Shown piece after piece: positions 28,054 to 36,647 of a stretch of DNA of 49,326 nt (position 1 is the first letter of the stretch; every line of letters starts with the position of its first letter). The notes under the pieces were generated by a model that made no database searches, was not told the DNA's origin, and saw only the letters and a program-made list of their open reading frames with translations. A program made the translations under genes and the position numbers. The stretch comes from a bacterium (GTDB lineage: Bacteria; Bdellovibrionota_B; Oligoflexia; Oligoflexales; CAIYRB01). The stretch spans positions 1 through 49,326 of the forward strand of contig OMIY01000451.1 in NCBI GenBank assembly GCA_900299215.1, read 5' to 3'.

Positions 28054-28689
28054 TTAGGCCCGTGCTGCTGTCGCTTTTTCTCTCATTTGCTCGAAGAACA
28101 ACATATCAATTAGAAGCAAGGATACTCCGACCGTGATACAACTATCGGCAAAATTGAAATTCGGGAAATCGTAGCGCCACCCAACTAAATTCCATCGAAC
28201 ATCAATCCAGTCGATTACATAACCGAATCGAATGCGATCAAGAAAATTGCCGATCGCACCCGAAAGTATCAAACTTAAAGAGAATATTGCTAATCGATGA
28301 TGAACCGGCGTGGATCGCAAGTAGAGCAGGATGATTAGTACAGCAAGGCAAGTGACCATGTAGAAGAACGGCACTCTGATAGTATCTGGTAAATTAGAAA
28401 GCGCCCCCCAGGCTGCACCAAGATTTCGGACATAGTTGGTACTTAGTGACACAAAGCCATGAGAGCCGTCCGGAGCTCCATCGCTCCCATCACTCGACCA
28501 AATTGGGAATCTTTGTCCCCTATATGCTGACAAATTCTCAGAATCTGACCACACCATAAGTGTAGACTGCGCATGATACTTGGTAACCTGGTCTAGCCCA
28601 ATACTGCCAACCACCATGATTAAGAGAAAAAGCAATGAACGCTTATGCGCTCTGGCAGCGAGAGGAGTTAACTTCGGAGTCGCCGTCAC
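28054..28689 (-). CDS. lspA: Lipoprotein signal peptidase (signal peptidase II)
   Basis: Four TM segments, NLGAAWG, and FNFADSCITVG (catalytic Asp motif). It ends 2 nt before the Clp ATPase start. Confidence 0.85.
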   Translation of the reverse strand: MTATPKLTPLAARAHKRSLLFLLIMVVGSIGLDQVTKYHAQSTLMVWSDSENLSAYRGQRFPIWSSDGSDGAPDGSHGFVSLSTNYVRNLGAAWGALSNLPDTIRVPFFYMVTCLAVLIILLYLRSTPVHHRLAIFSLSLILSGAIGNFLDRIRFGYVIDWIDVRWNLVGWRYDFPNFNFADSCITVGVSLLLIDMLFFEQMREKATAARA

Positions 28690-28787
28690 GAAAGGACCTC
28701 TTTTAGAATGGCTGTCTTAGCTGGTAACCTTCAGCAATCAGTGTAACAAAACGGTTTGTGGGCCGCTATCTTAAGGTTAAACAAGAC

Positions 28788-29453
28788 ATGATACCCATAG
28801 GCGTAATTTTTGATTTTGATGGAGTTCTGGCCGATAGTCTAGATTGTCATCTAAAGGCGTGGGTTGCCGCATCTCAAAAGGTCCTAGGTATCAGTATACC
28901 CCCGCCAACCGAATTAAGTGGCCACAGCACCAAGACGATAGCTCACATTATTTGCAAAAAATATGGACAACCAAATCTGGCTGGTTATTTGGCGCGAACC
29001 AAGGAAATTGCTATATCTGAGCGAGTAGAAGGGGTTGGGCTTTTCCCAGGGGTCAAGGATGTCGTTAATAGGCTGATGATCAGCTCAATGCCAATAGCCA
29101 TTGGCAGCAATTCAAGTCGGATTTTTGTCACGAGCACTCTCAAAAGCAACGGTATTGAGGTTAGAAACGTAGTAACTGCATCCGACGTAAGCCGACCTAA
29201 ACCAGCACCGGACATTTTTTGGGCGTGCAGCAATCTCATGAAGATTCCTAGGGAGCACAGACAGAAGATTTTGGTTTTTGAAGACAGTCCGCATGGCATT
29301 GAAGCTGCCGTCAGTGCTGATATGACTCCTATAGGAATCACTACTTCCGTTGATGCCGCATATCTAAATAGCTCGGGCGCCAGGAAAACATTTAGCTCGG
29401 TCGCCAGTGCTTTTGACTCCGGTTTATTTTCGGATATGAGCAACGCTCGTTAA
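28788..29453 (+). CDS. HAD-superfamily hydrolase (beta-phosphoglucomutase-like subfamily IA)
   Basis: VIFDFDGVLADS (DxDG motif I), S/T motif II, KP...D motif and FEDSPHGIEAA motif IV. ATG 28788 is preferred over GTG 28758. Confidence 0.75.
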   Translation: MIPIGVIFDFDGVLADSLDCHLKAWVAASQKVLGISIPPPTELSGHSTKTIAHIICKKYGQPNLAGYLARTKEIAISERVEGVGLFPGVKDVVNRLMISSMPIAIGSNSSRIFVTSTLKSNGIEVRNVVTASDVSRPKPAPDIFWACSNLMKIPREHRQKILVFEDSPHGIEAAVSADMTPIGITTSVDAAYLNSSGARKTFSSVASAFDSGLFSDMSNAR

Positions 29454-29460
29454 GCAATTG

Positions 29461-30531
29461 CTATTTAGCTCGCCTTAGATTTTGCCTTTGATGCTTGCGG
29501 ACAACAGCGCTTTCTAACAGCTGGTCAATAAGCTCACATGCACTGACCCCAGACTCCCGCCAAAGTAGAGGATACTGAGAAATCTCCGTAAATCCGGGGA
29601 TTGTATTAACCTCATTGAAGTAGAATTTTCCCGAACTCTTTTCTAAGAAGAGATCTATTCGGGACATTCCATAGAGTTCAAGAGCCAAATAGACTTGTCG
29701 CGAAAGAGCCTGAGCTTCTTTCAATTGCACTTCTGTTAGTTTTGCGGGAACCACTACGGATGCTCCGTCGGCCTTTGTATATTTGGCATCGTAGGAGTAA
29801 AAATCGGCATGAGGGACAACTTCACCGGCAGTTGACAGTTTTGGCTCGTAGCCACCCAATGCCGCCACCTCAATTTCCCGGACATTCATCCCCTTCTCAA
29901 CCAAAACTTTATCATCAAATCGTAGTGCGTGCTCGCAAGCAGCATAAAGGTCCTTCGGGCTTGTAACCTTAGTGACCCCAACAGAGCTGCCGAGTCGAGC
30001 GGGCTTTACAAATAGCGGCAGCCCCAGGGTTTCTATTGCTCTCGCGCAAATTGTGTCCTTGGAATTAGCCCAACTTTGAGCTCGAAAATCGATCCAGGGC
30101 ACCACCGGTACCCCAGCAGAGGCTGCTAATTTTTTTGCCACAACCTTATCAATTCCAATCGCCGATCCAAGAGTGTCCGGCCCGACAAAGGCAAGTTCTT
30201 TTAACTCGAGCAATCCTTGGAGGGTACCATCTTCACCAAACGAACCATGAAGTATTGGGAACACGACCAAATTCTCAGAAAAGGCCGAAAAGTCGCCAAT
30301 TGGTATTGGCCCACCCTGCTTAGTTATTGCTAAAGGACCGGATTTTAGAGCGAGTAATTCATCAATATTTTGGCGCCACCATGAACCATCTGAGGCTATT
30401 CCAATTGCGTGGACCCGATACTTGCCTCGATCAAGGTTATTTAATATGAAACGGGCACTCCTACAGGAGATTTCGTGCTCAGCTGACCTACCACCGTACA
30501 AAACAACGACGTCATACTTCAAATCCGGCAC
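29461..30531 (-). CDS. ddl: D-alanine--D-alanine ligase
   Basis: VVVLYGGRSAEHEISCRSA N-terminal motif and an ATP-grasp core (LFVKPARLGSSVGV, ...NEVNTIPGFT). Confidence 0.9.
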   Translation of the reverse strand: MPDLKYDVVVLYGGRSAEHEISCRSARFILNNLDRGKYRVHAIGIASDGSWWRQNIDELLALKSGPLAITKQGGPIPIGDFSAFSENLVVFPILHGSFGEDGTLQGLLELKELAFVGPDTLGSAIGIDKVVAKKLAASAGVPVVPWIDFRAQSWANSKDTICARAIETLGLPLFVKPARLGSSVGVTKVTSPKDLYAACEHALRFDDKVLVEKGMNVREIEVAALGGYEPKLSTAGEVVPHADFYSYDAKYTKADGASVVVPAKLTEVQLKEAQALSRQVYLALELYGMSRIDLFLEKSSGKFYFNEVNTIPGFTEISQYPLLWRESGVSACELIDQLLESAVVRKHQRQNLRRAK

Positions 30532-30579
30532 ATTAACCCCCTTAGAACCGCTGATCCTAGGGTAGTATATATCACTAAT

Positions 30580-32766
30580 CTACGCGGCGGAACCTGAGCC
30601 GTCTGCTATGGTGTCCGAGATAGATTTTTTTGAGCTAACACATAGAAATTGTACTTGCTCGTCACCACTTGCTTGCTGAGCATAATAGGCCCAGAGAGCG
30701 ACTATTTCATCTCGAAGTAATGCTGTCTGGAACACTGGTACTGTGGTTTGTTGTAGGCCCCTCTGAAGCAATCGGTTAAAAACACCGGCTCTTAAGTTAT
30801 TGGCGCCATTTATACTGTCTGAATGGAATACTATTGCACTGTTGTCTGAAAGATTTATCGATTTTAGTTGTGCATTTGAAGCTGGAATTGGCTCAACCCT
30901 ATTTCCATCAACCCCTTGAGTGACGAATAGTGGATCTGGGAAACCGAAGTTCAATATGGTCAATTCACCACTTTTGTTATCAAGTACCCCCACTAAATAA
31001 AGTGCTTCCTCCTTGGGAACATTGAATTGTCCGAATAACACTGACGCCAACACTTCATTCACGATTTGAACTTCCTTTTCAGAAAAACTCGGAACCTCCC
31101 TCACAAATGCCGCTATCGATCGGATCGATGCTCGAATATTTGTTGCAACTATACGCGCAAGGAGATTGTCCACCTTGAGGTTACCAAGCGTAAAAATGCA
31201 TCCAACTTCACCGCATTCGATGAAATCAACCCACCCAATTGGATGCCCGTCTACCGAACGCTGATAAGTCGCTATTTGCGTAGATTTGGCATGGGATACA
31301 GATTGATTGCCATCTAAACCATCCAAATAGTTTAAGAGCCGGGACTTTGATTTCTCGTCGATCATTTGAGAAAGTGTGGCTAGGCGACTCAAGGCGTTGT
31401 CTATTTGCCCGAACACCAGATGAGTTAAAGATTCTATCAATTCGTTTAGCGGATCTGCGAATACAGCCGTGATGAATCCAAGAGTCGCAGGCCCCGGTCG
31501 AATTTGGAACGTCAGACGCTGGTTACTTGGGTGTGCGCTAATTAGGTCTGAGACCTCACCGACCTCGACCTCAATTAACTTATGCTCGTGCCAAAGGACG
31601 GCCGTACTGCCTGAAGCAGGCACAAAAGCCGTAACCTGCGCCCTGCATTGGGTACCAATTAACTCCACTGCCCGCGCAATTATTGCCTTCTGATCCGAAC
31701 ACTCTGAAAGCTCTGCGATAACTCGATTGGACGTGCGAGCCCGTAATTGCTGCTCGGCAAGTGAATATGCCATTCCCCTAAACTCGCCGGCGATCGCGGC
31801 CAACTCATGGCCGTCATCATGAAGCGCTGGATCACGAATCTTGCCTTTCCCGATTCCACGCGTCTCCTCTAGCACTTGCTGCAGACCATTGAACTGCCGG
31901 CGAAGTCCCCCGAGAATAAGCAAAGGACCTGCTACAGTGATGAAAGTGAGAGCCGTTAATACTAACCAAAAACTGCGCCACCATTGCCTGTATAAATATT
32001 CGTGAGGGATCAAAATCACCAATCTCGCCCAAGATCGGGGACCAAATTTATCTGACTTCACGCTGATCGATGAAACCTTGTGAAAACGGGAAACATAGCT
32101 TTCGCCTTCGACTAGCAAGTCCTCACGACCGGTTTCAACTCTCGAAACCGCTGCAAGCACTAGTGCTGGGTCTGCGCGCCTTCCCTCGGCGAAGCGCTGA
32201 TCCAAAACAAGCACTGGTGGGTCAGCCATATTTACCTCGGGTAAAATTGCGAGAATCAATGGAACCCCGGGCTGGACCACCAAACCAACCTTTTGTGCCC
32301 AGTGTTGTAATGAAACCTCAACAACCCTATCTGGGCTACGCTGGGATTGTTCATGTAGAAAGAAACCTGGCGCACCGTTGCGAAGTCGAACGAAAGATTT
32401 ACTTTCGCGAATACCTGGTCCTTGACTAGTGACAAATGCTACTACAGGTCCAGAGTCTCCTTGGATGTAGTCAGTGGTATAGAATTTAAGTAAGGGAGTT
32501 TTCTCTGTTGGCTGGGATTTGGCTATCACAGCCGCAGCACTTAAAGATCTGACCTGACCAACCAAAGACCGAATCTCGGATTCAAGATCCTGACCAAGTG
32601 AATCAACCAAATGCTGACTAGAAGACACAGCTTCAAACAGCTCATGTCGTCGAAGCAAATAAAGGCCGATCGCAGATACCACTAGGCACGGCAGGACGAC
32701 GCCCCATGCGTAACGACGGATTATAGGCGAAGTCATTGGCGCAAATTTTACAGAACTTCGGTCCAA
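30580..32766 (-). CDS. Membrane sensor protein: two TM helices, ~230 aa periplasmic domain, HAMP, GAF-like region, degenerate SpoIIE/PP2C-like C-domain
   Basis: TM1 is YAWGVVLPCLVVSAIGLYLL and TM2 is FWLVLTALTFITVAGPLLILGG. HAMP is ...GHELAAIAGEFRGMAYSL. The C-terminal IGWVDF...FTLGNLKVDNLLA...IVFHSDSING resembles the SpoIIE pattern GGDxYD...GDVxGHG...TDG with substitutions. The start may be M11 (32736). Confidence 0.55.
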   Translation of the reverse strand: MDRSSVKFAPMTSPIIRRYAWGVVLPCLVVSAIGLYLLRRHELFEAVSSSQHLVDSLGQDLESEIRSLVGQVRSLSAAAVIAKSQPTEKTPLLKFYTTDYIQGDSGPVVAFVTSQGPGIRESKSFVRLRNGAPGFFLHEQSQRSPDRVVEVSLQHWAQKVGLVVQPGVPLILAILPEVNMADPPVLVLDQRFAEGRRADPALVLAAVSRVETGREDLLVEGESYVSRFHKVSSISVKSDKFGPRSWARLVILIPHEYLYRQWWRSFWLVLTALTFITVAGPLLILGGLRRQFNGLQQVLEETRGIGKGKIRDPALHDDGHELAAIAGEFRGMAYSLAEQQLRARTSNRVIAELSECSDQKAIIARAVELIGTQCRAQVTAFVPASGSTAVLWHEHKLIEVEVGEVSDLISAHPSNQRLTFQIRPGPATLGFITAVFADPLNELIESLTHLVFGQIDNALSRLATLSQMIDEKSKSRLLNYLDGLDGNQSVSHAKSTQIATYQRSVDGHPIGWVDFIECGEVGCIFTLGNLKVDNLLARIVATNIRASIRSIAAFVREVPSFSEKEVQIVNEVLASVLFGQFNVPKEEALYLVGVLDNKSGELTILNFGFPDPLFVTQGVDGNRVEPIPASNAQLKSINLSDNSAIVFHSDSINGANNLRAGVFNRLLQRGLQQTTVPVFQTALLRDEIVALWAYYAQQASGDEQVQFLCVSSKKSISDTIADGSGSAA

Positions 32767-32894
32767 CGTGAATTGCCCCTAAATCTCTTTCCGACCGGCC
32801 GTGGCCTATATCGTTGTCGGACAAAACAGGTTGAGACATTAGGATCAAAGTCGGCCGCAAATTCTGAGCACACACAACCGAATAAAACAGGCAA

Positions 32895-33281
32895 CTACTT
32901 GTAATTCTTATAGCTTTTTTCTTCTCTCAAAGCAGATCCACAGGCTTTGTTAATTCGCGACTTAATTGCAGCCCTCTCATCGTTGATGAGATAAACAGAC
33001 CTCGCAAGTTCTATAAACTCTGAATCAAAAGCCTTCTCTGCCTCTTTCACTCGGATTGCATCTTCGATGTCCCATAGCCGCTGGTTGACGCGCTCTAAGT
33101 CATCTACCCCCGGTTGCGTTAGTGAGATTGCATGCTTTCCACAAACTGCGACTAGGGCTTGCAGCTCAGTCTTCACGTTCATTAATTTGGTGGGATCACT
33201 AATTTTTCGCTCTTTAATGCGAAGAATCGTTATTTTATCTATTAATTCGCCCACCGATACCGGGACCACTAACTCGCCCAT
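32895..33281 (-). CDS. Small conserved hypothetical protein (resembles DUF6165-type)
   Basis: 128 aa. VSVGELIDKITILRIK, LWDIEDAIR and FIELARSVYLINDERAAIKSRIN match my recollection of a conserved ~130 aa uncharacterised family. The family name is from memory only. Confidence 0.5.
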   Translation of the reverse strand: MGELVVPVSVGELIDKITILRIKERKISDPTKLMNVKTELQALVAVCGKHAISLTQPGVDDLERVNQRLWDIEDAIRVKEAEKAFDSEFIELARSVYLINDERAAIKSRINKACGSALREEKSYKNYK

Positions 33282-33379
33282 CTGATCAACTCCGGCAAGT
33301 TGTAAAAATTTAAGCCTAAATCTAGATGTTCTTGATATACTGAGAAAAATATCGTTGCCAGTAAAAAAGGCGATTTGAA

Positions 33380-34321
33380 GTGAAACCGAAATTGCGGATC
33401 ATAAGACCATCGAGCCGTGAGATGAAAGATCTCCTTACGACCCGTATTCCGAGACTTCAAAGTCGCGGCTTTGAGGTTCTTTACGACGAGCTCCCGGTCG
33501 ATGCCGAGTGGACGTACAGCGCTGCCTCAGCCGAAATCAGAGCTTCGGCACTAACTTTAGCCCTTAAAGAAACTGCTTCTGATTTCGTCTTGTGTGCAAG
33601 GGGTGGGTACGGTGCAAGTGACCTCTTGCCCTTACTTCCGTGGCCGGAGCTAGGACGGGTCCGCCCCAAACTGGTTGTAGGTTTTTCTGACATTTCTGCG
33701 ATTCATTCCGCCCTTTATAGCAGACTCGGTTGGTTCGGATTGCACGGCCCGATGCCAGCAACCGTGCTTTGGGAAGAAGGTGAAAACGCAAGTGCCTATG
33801 ACATCGACGCTCTATGCACAAATTTAACTCATTGGAAGCAGGGTCGCTCGAGCGGTTCAATCCCGTTAAAGCGAATCGGTCATGGGTCAGAATCGCGCAT
33901 CTTAGGTAAGTTGTTTGGCGGATGCTTTACAGTGATAACCAATCTTATAGGCACACCATTCTTCCCCAAGTCACTGGCCGATCATATTATTTTCATCGAA
34001 GACACCGACGAACACCCCGCTCGTCTAATGCGAGCACTGAATCAGTGGGTTCAAAGCGGTGCCTTCCTCGGTGCCAGAGCACTGATTATTGGACACCTCC
34101 GCAATCTTGGGCCACAAATTCCAGACTGTGCTGAATTTGTGTTGGAGCAATTTGCCAAGCGTCTGGACATACCGGTTTTCCACAGCCCACTGTTTGGACA
34201 CACTCAGCCCAACTACCCACTAATGATTGGAGCCGACGCCATCATTGAGTCGGATAGATTATCCTGGGAAGCAAGCACCCAATTACAACCATTAGCGACC
34301 TCAAGGAGTGCCTTCACATGA
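33380..34321 (+). CDS. ldcA: Muramoyltetrapeptide LD-carboxypeptidase (S66 family)
   Basis: ARGGYGASDLLP, GFSDISAIH (nucleophile Ser), and a C-terminal E...H region (FIEDTDEHPARL, GHT). GTG start. Confidence 0.8.
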   Translation: MKPKLRIIRPSSREMKDLLTTRIPRLQSRGFEVLYDELPVDAEWTYSAASAEIRASALTLALKETASDFVLCARGGYGASDLLPLLPWPELGRVRPKLVVGFSDISAIHSALYSRLGWFGLHGPMPATVLWEEGENASAYDIDALCTNLTHWKQGRSSGSIPLKRIGHGSESRILGKLFGGCFTVITNLIGTPFFPKSLADHIIFIEDTDEHPARLMRALNQWVQSGAFLGARALIIGHLRNLGPQIPDCAEFVLEQFAKRLDIPVFHSPLFGHTQPNYPLMIGADAIIESDRLSWEASTQLQPLATSRSAFT

Positions 34322-35802
34322 CACTTAATAGTGGCTCCAGCATTTATTTCCTTGGCATCGGAGGTACCGGCATGGCTTCTGTTGCTGGTCTTTGCGCAGA
34401 AGCGGGGTACAGAGTGTTTGGCAGTGATGCTGGCGTATACCCACCAATGTCAACGATGCTTGCCGACCTCAAAATCCCAGTTAAAACGCCCTTGAGTCCT
34501 GAGAATGTCAAAGATTTAAGCGCTGATTTGGTTGTCATTGCAAATGTGCTGTCTCGAGGCAATCCAGAACTAGAGGCTGTATTAGCAAAAGGGCTCCCAA
34601 CCACCAGTTTCCCACAACTTCTGGGCGACTTATTTCTCCGACAACGCACGACATGTGTAGTTGCAGGCACTCACGGTAAGACTACAACAACTTCACTACT
34701 CAGCCACGTACTGAACGAGTTGGGAGAGGATCCTAGCTTCGTCATCGGAGGAATTCCAAGAAACTTTCCTCGCAGCTTCCGGCTGGGCAAAAGCCCTCTG
34801 TTCGTAATAGAGGGAGACGAATATGACACAGCATATTTCGACAAAGGACCAAAGTTTTTACACTATCATCCAACTCACCTGATTCTGAACAACCTTGAAT
34901 TCGACCATGCTGATATCTATCCAAATTTAGAGGCGATAACCTCACAATTTGTGAAATTAGCAAAGCTCGTTAGTGACCCGAGGTGCATCATCGCAAACGT
35001 CGATGATGAGGGAATCAGAAATGTAATTAAGCAGGCGGGAGTCTCAGACAAGGTTACCCGGGTGTCTACTTTGGGAATCACCGCGGGAGCTCAAGTTAAA
35101 GTTGGAAGACATTCCGCTGTTCCAGACGGGGCCGGTGGCCAGGTATGGACCGCAACATTAGAAACAAATGCACTCGGAAACTTTGAAGTAAAGACCCAGC
35201 TTTCTGGGCGCCACAATCTCGCAAATATCGCCCAAGTTGTCGGCTGTCTGATAAGCCTTCAGCAACGCGGAGACCTAAAGAATCAATTGAGTGGAAGCCG
35301 TATAGCATCCGCAATTCGGTCATTTCTGAACGTTCAACGCCGCCTCGACCTACTCGCCAGTGTTGGTGGCATTGATATTTATGAAGATTTCGCACACCAT
35401 CCCACTGCTGTAAGACTTGTTATCGAGGGCTTTCGAGCAGTCTATCCCCAGAAGCGCTTGGTAATCGCATTTGAACCTCGGAGCGCAAGTCAGAGGAGAA
35501 ACGTATTCCAGCAAGCGTTTGCCGAAGCACTGAGTTTAGCCGATCGCGTCTTTATCGGGGAGTGCATGCAAGATCAGCGTATTCCCCCCGAACAAAGGAT
35601 GAATACTGAACAATTGCAAAAGGCTATCGGAAGTAAGGCGGAGTGCTTTAGCACCAACCTTGACTTAGAAAAATCTTTAATGGCTGCGCTTACACCTGGT
35701 GATGCCGTAATTTTCATGTCCAGCGGCAGTTTTTCAGGGGTTCAGCACCGCTTGGCAGCTCACTTACAACAGGACAAGAAAAATGTACGCTTGCATTTCT
35801 AA
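34318..35802 (+). CDS. mpl: UDP-N-acetylmuramate:L-alanyl-gamma-D-glutamyl-meso-DAP ligase (Mpl)
   Basis: IYFLGIGGTGMASVAGL, GTHGKTTTTSLL and EGDEYDTAYFDK(G)PKF (Mpl-typical). The start overlaps the ldcA stop (ATGA). Confidence 0.85.
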   Translation: MTLNSGSSIYFLGIGGTGMASVAGLCAEAGYRVFGSDAGVYPPMSTMLADLKIPVKTPLSPENVKDLSADLVVIANVLSRGNPELEAVLAKGLPTTSFPQLLGDLFLRQRTTCVVAGTHGKTTTTSLLSHVLNELGEDPSFVIGGIPRNFPRSFRLGKSPLFVIEGDEYDTAYFDKGPKFLHYHPTHLILNNLEFDHADIYPNLEAITSQFVKLAKLVSDPRCIIANVDDEGIRNVIKQAGVSDKVTRVSTLGITAGAQVKVGRHSAVPDGAGGQVWTATLETNALGNFEVKTQLSGRHNLANIAQVVGCLISLQQRGDLKNQLSGSRIASAIRSFLNVQRRLDLLASVGGIDIYEDFAHHPTAVRLVIEGFRAVYPQKRLVIAFEPRSASQRRNVFQQAFAEALSLADRVFIGECMQDQRIPPEQRMNTEQLQKAIGSKAECFSTNLDLEKSLMAALTPGDAVIFMSSGSFSGVQHRLAAHLQQDKKNVRLHF

Positions 35803-35922
35803 TAACTTAATAGCACAGTGCTAACTTAGTCGAGTACGCTGACTGATCGCAATTTTGTTAATTGCGGAAGCCCGCAGTAACCACTTAAAATCCCAAAGGA
35901 ATCGGTTTTAGGAGAGGACCAA

Positions 35923-36420
35923 ATGCTGTTGAAGAAAACGAAACATGCTCTTGCTGTCGCCACACTGGTGCTCGGGTTTGGCTCATTCGGCTGTACCGAC
36001 GACGAGGCGAAACCTGAGGAACCTGTCCAGCCAGCCGCTCAAGCGGAAGTTGCAAAGCCAGAGCCAGCTGCTCCCGTGGAGTCTTTTGCTCCAAAGACCA
36101 TTTACTTTGCGTTTGATGATTACAGTCTGAACGGTGATGCTCAAAGCAACCTTCAAGGCTTAGCTGAGCACCTGAAAAAAGCTCAGACCGCTGTTGTGCA
36201 GATCGAGGGTCACTGTGATGAACGCGGCTCTGTTGAGTACAACCTGGCTCTTGGCGAACGTCGTGCTCAGTCGGTTAAGAACTATTTAGTGCAACTTGGT
36301 GTTGAGGGTGGCCGCTTGTCTACCATCAGCTACGGTGAAGAAAAGCCTGCAGCTGACGGCCATGACGAAGCCGCTTGGGCAAAGAACCGTCGCGCCGAGT
36401 TCACGCTGACGAATCAGTAA
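35923..36420 (+). CDS. pal: Peptidoglycan-associated lipoprotein Pal (OmpA-like domain)
   Basis: AGGAGAGG SD. Signal peptide plus lipobox (GSFG-C). IYFAFDDYSL and EGHCDERGSVEYNLALGERRAQSV...NRRAEF. Confidence 0.88.
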   Translation: MLLKKTKHALAVATLVLGFGSFGCTDDEAKPEEPVQPAAQAEVAKPEPAAPVESFAPKTIYFAFDDYSLNGDAQSNLQGLAEHLKKAQTAVVQIEGHCDERGSVEYNLALGERRAQSVKNYLVQLGVEGGRLSTISYGEEKPAADGHDEAAWAKNRRAEFTLTNQ

Positions 36421-36460
36421 GTGAAGCCAGGATCCAGTTTTCTACTGCGATCAAGCGAAG

Positions 36461-36496
36461 CCGGCTCGGCCATTTAAAGTGGCTGGCCGGTTTTTT
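36461..36496 (+). terminator. Intrinsic terminator after pal
   Basis: CCGGC(T)CGGCCA / TGGCTGGCCGG stem (11 bp, one bulge, one GU), 7 nt loop, followed by TTTTTT. Confidence 0.65.
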
Positions 36497-36647
36497 AATG
36501 TACTAAGTGATAATGCGGACATGCTGTTGCAATTTCCGCATTACAAGGCTATTCTTGTTGTTTTATCGCCAAGTTGGCGGCCCCATTGGGGTTGCATTTA
36601 TATGAAAGACTGGGCTCAGAACTTGGGCCAGTGAAAGGAGAGTTTCC

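Noticed and set aside
35811-35866. Palindrome TAGCACAGTGCTA (35811-35823) and hairpin CGCAATT-ttgtt-AATTGCG (35848-35866) between mpl and pal
   Set aside because: They are short (6-7 bp) and occur once each, with no U-tract. That is within chance expectation for 120 nt of AT-rich spacer. They are possible operator or weak terminator elements, but this is not supportable from sequence alone.
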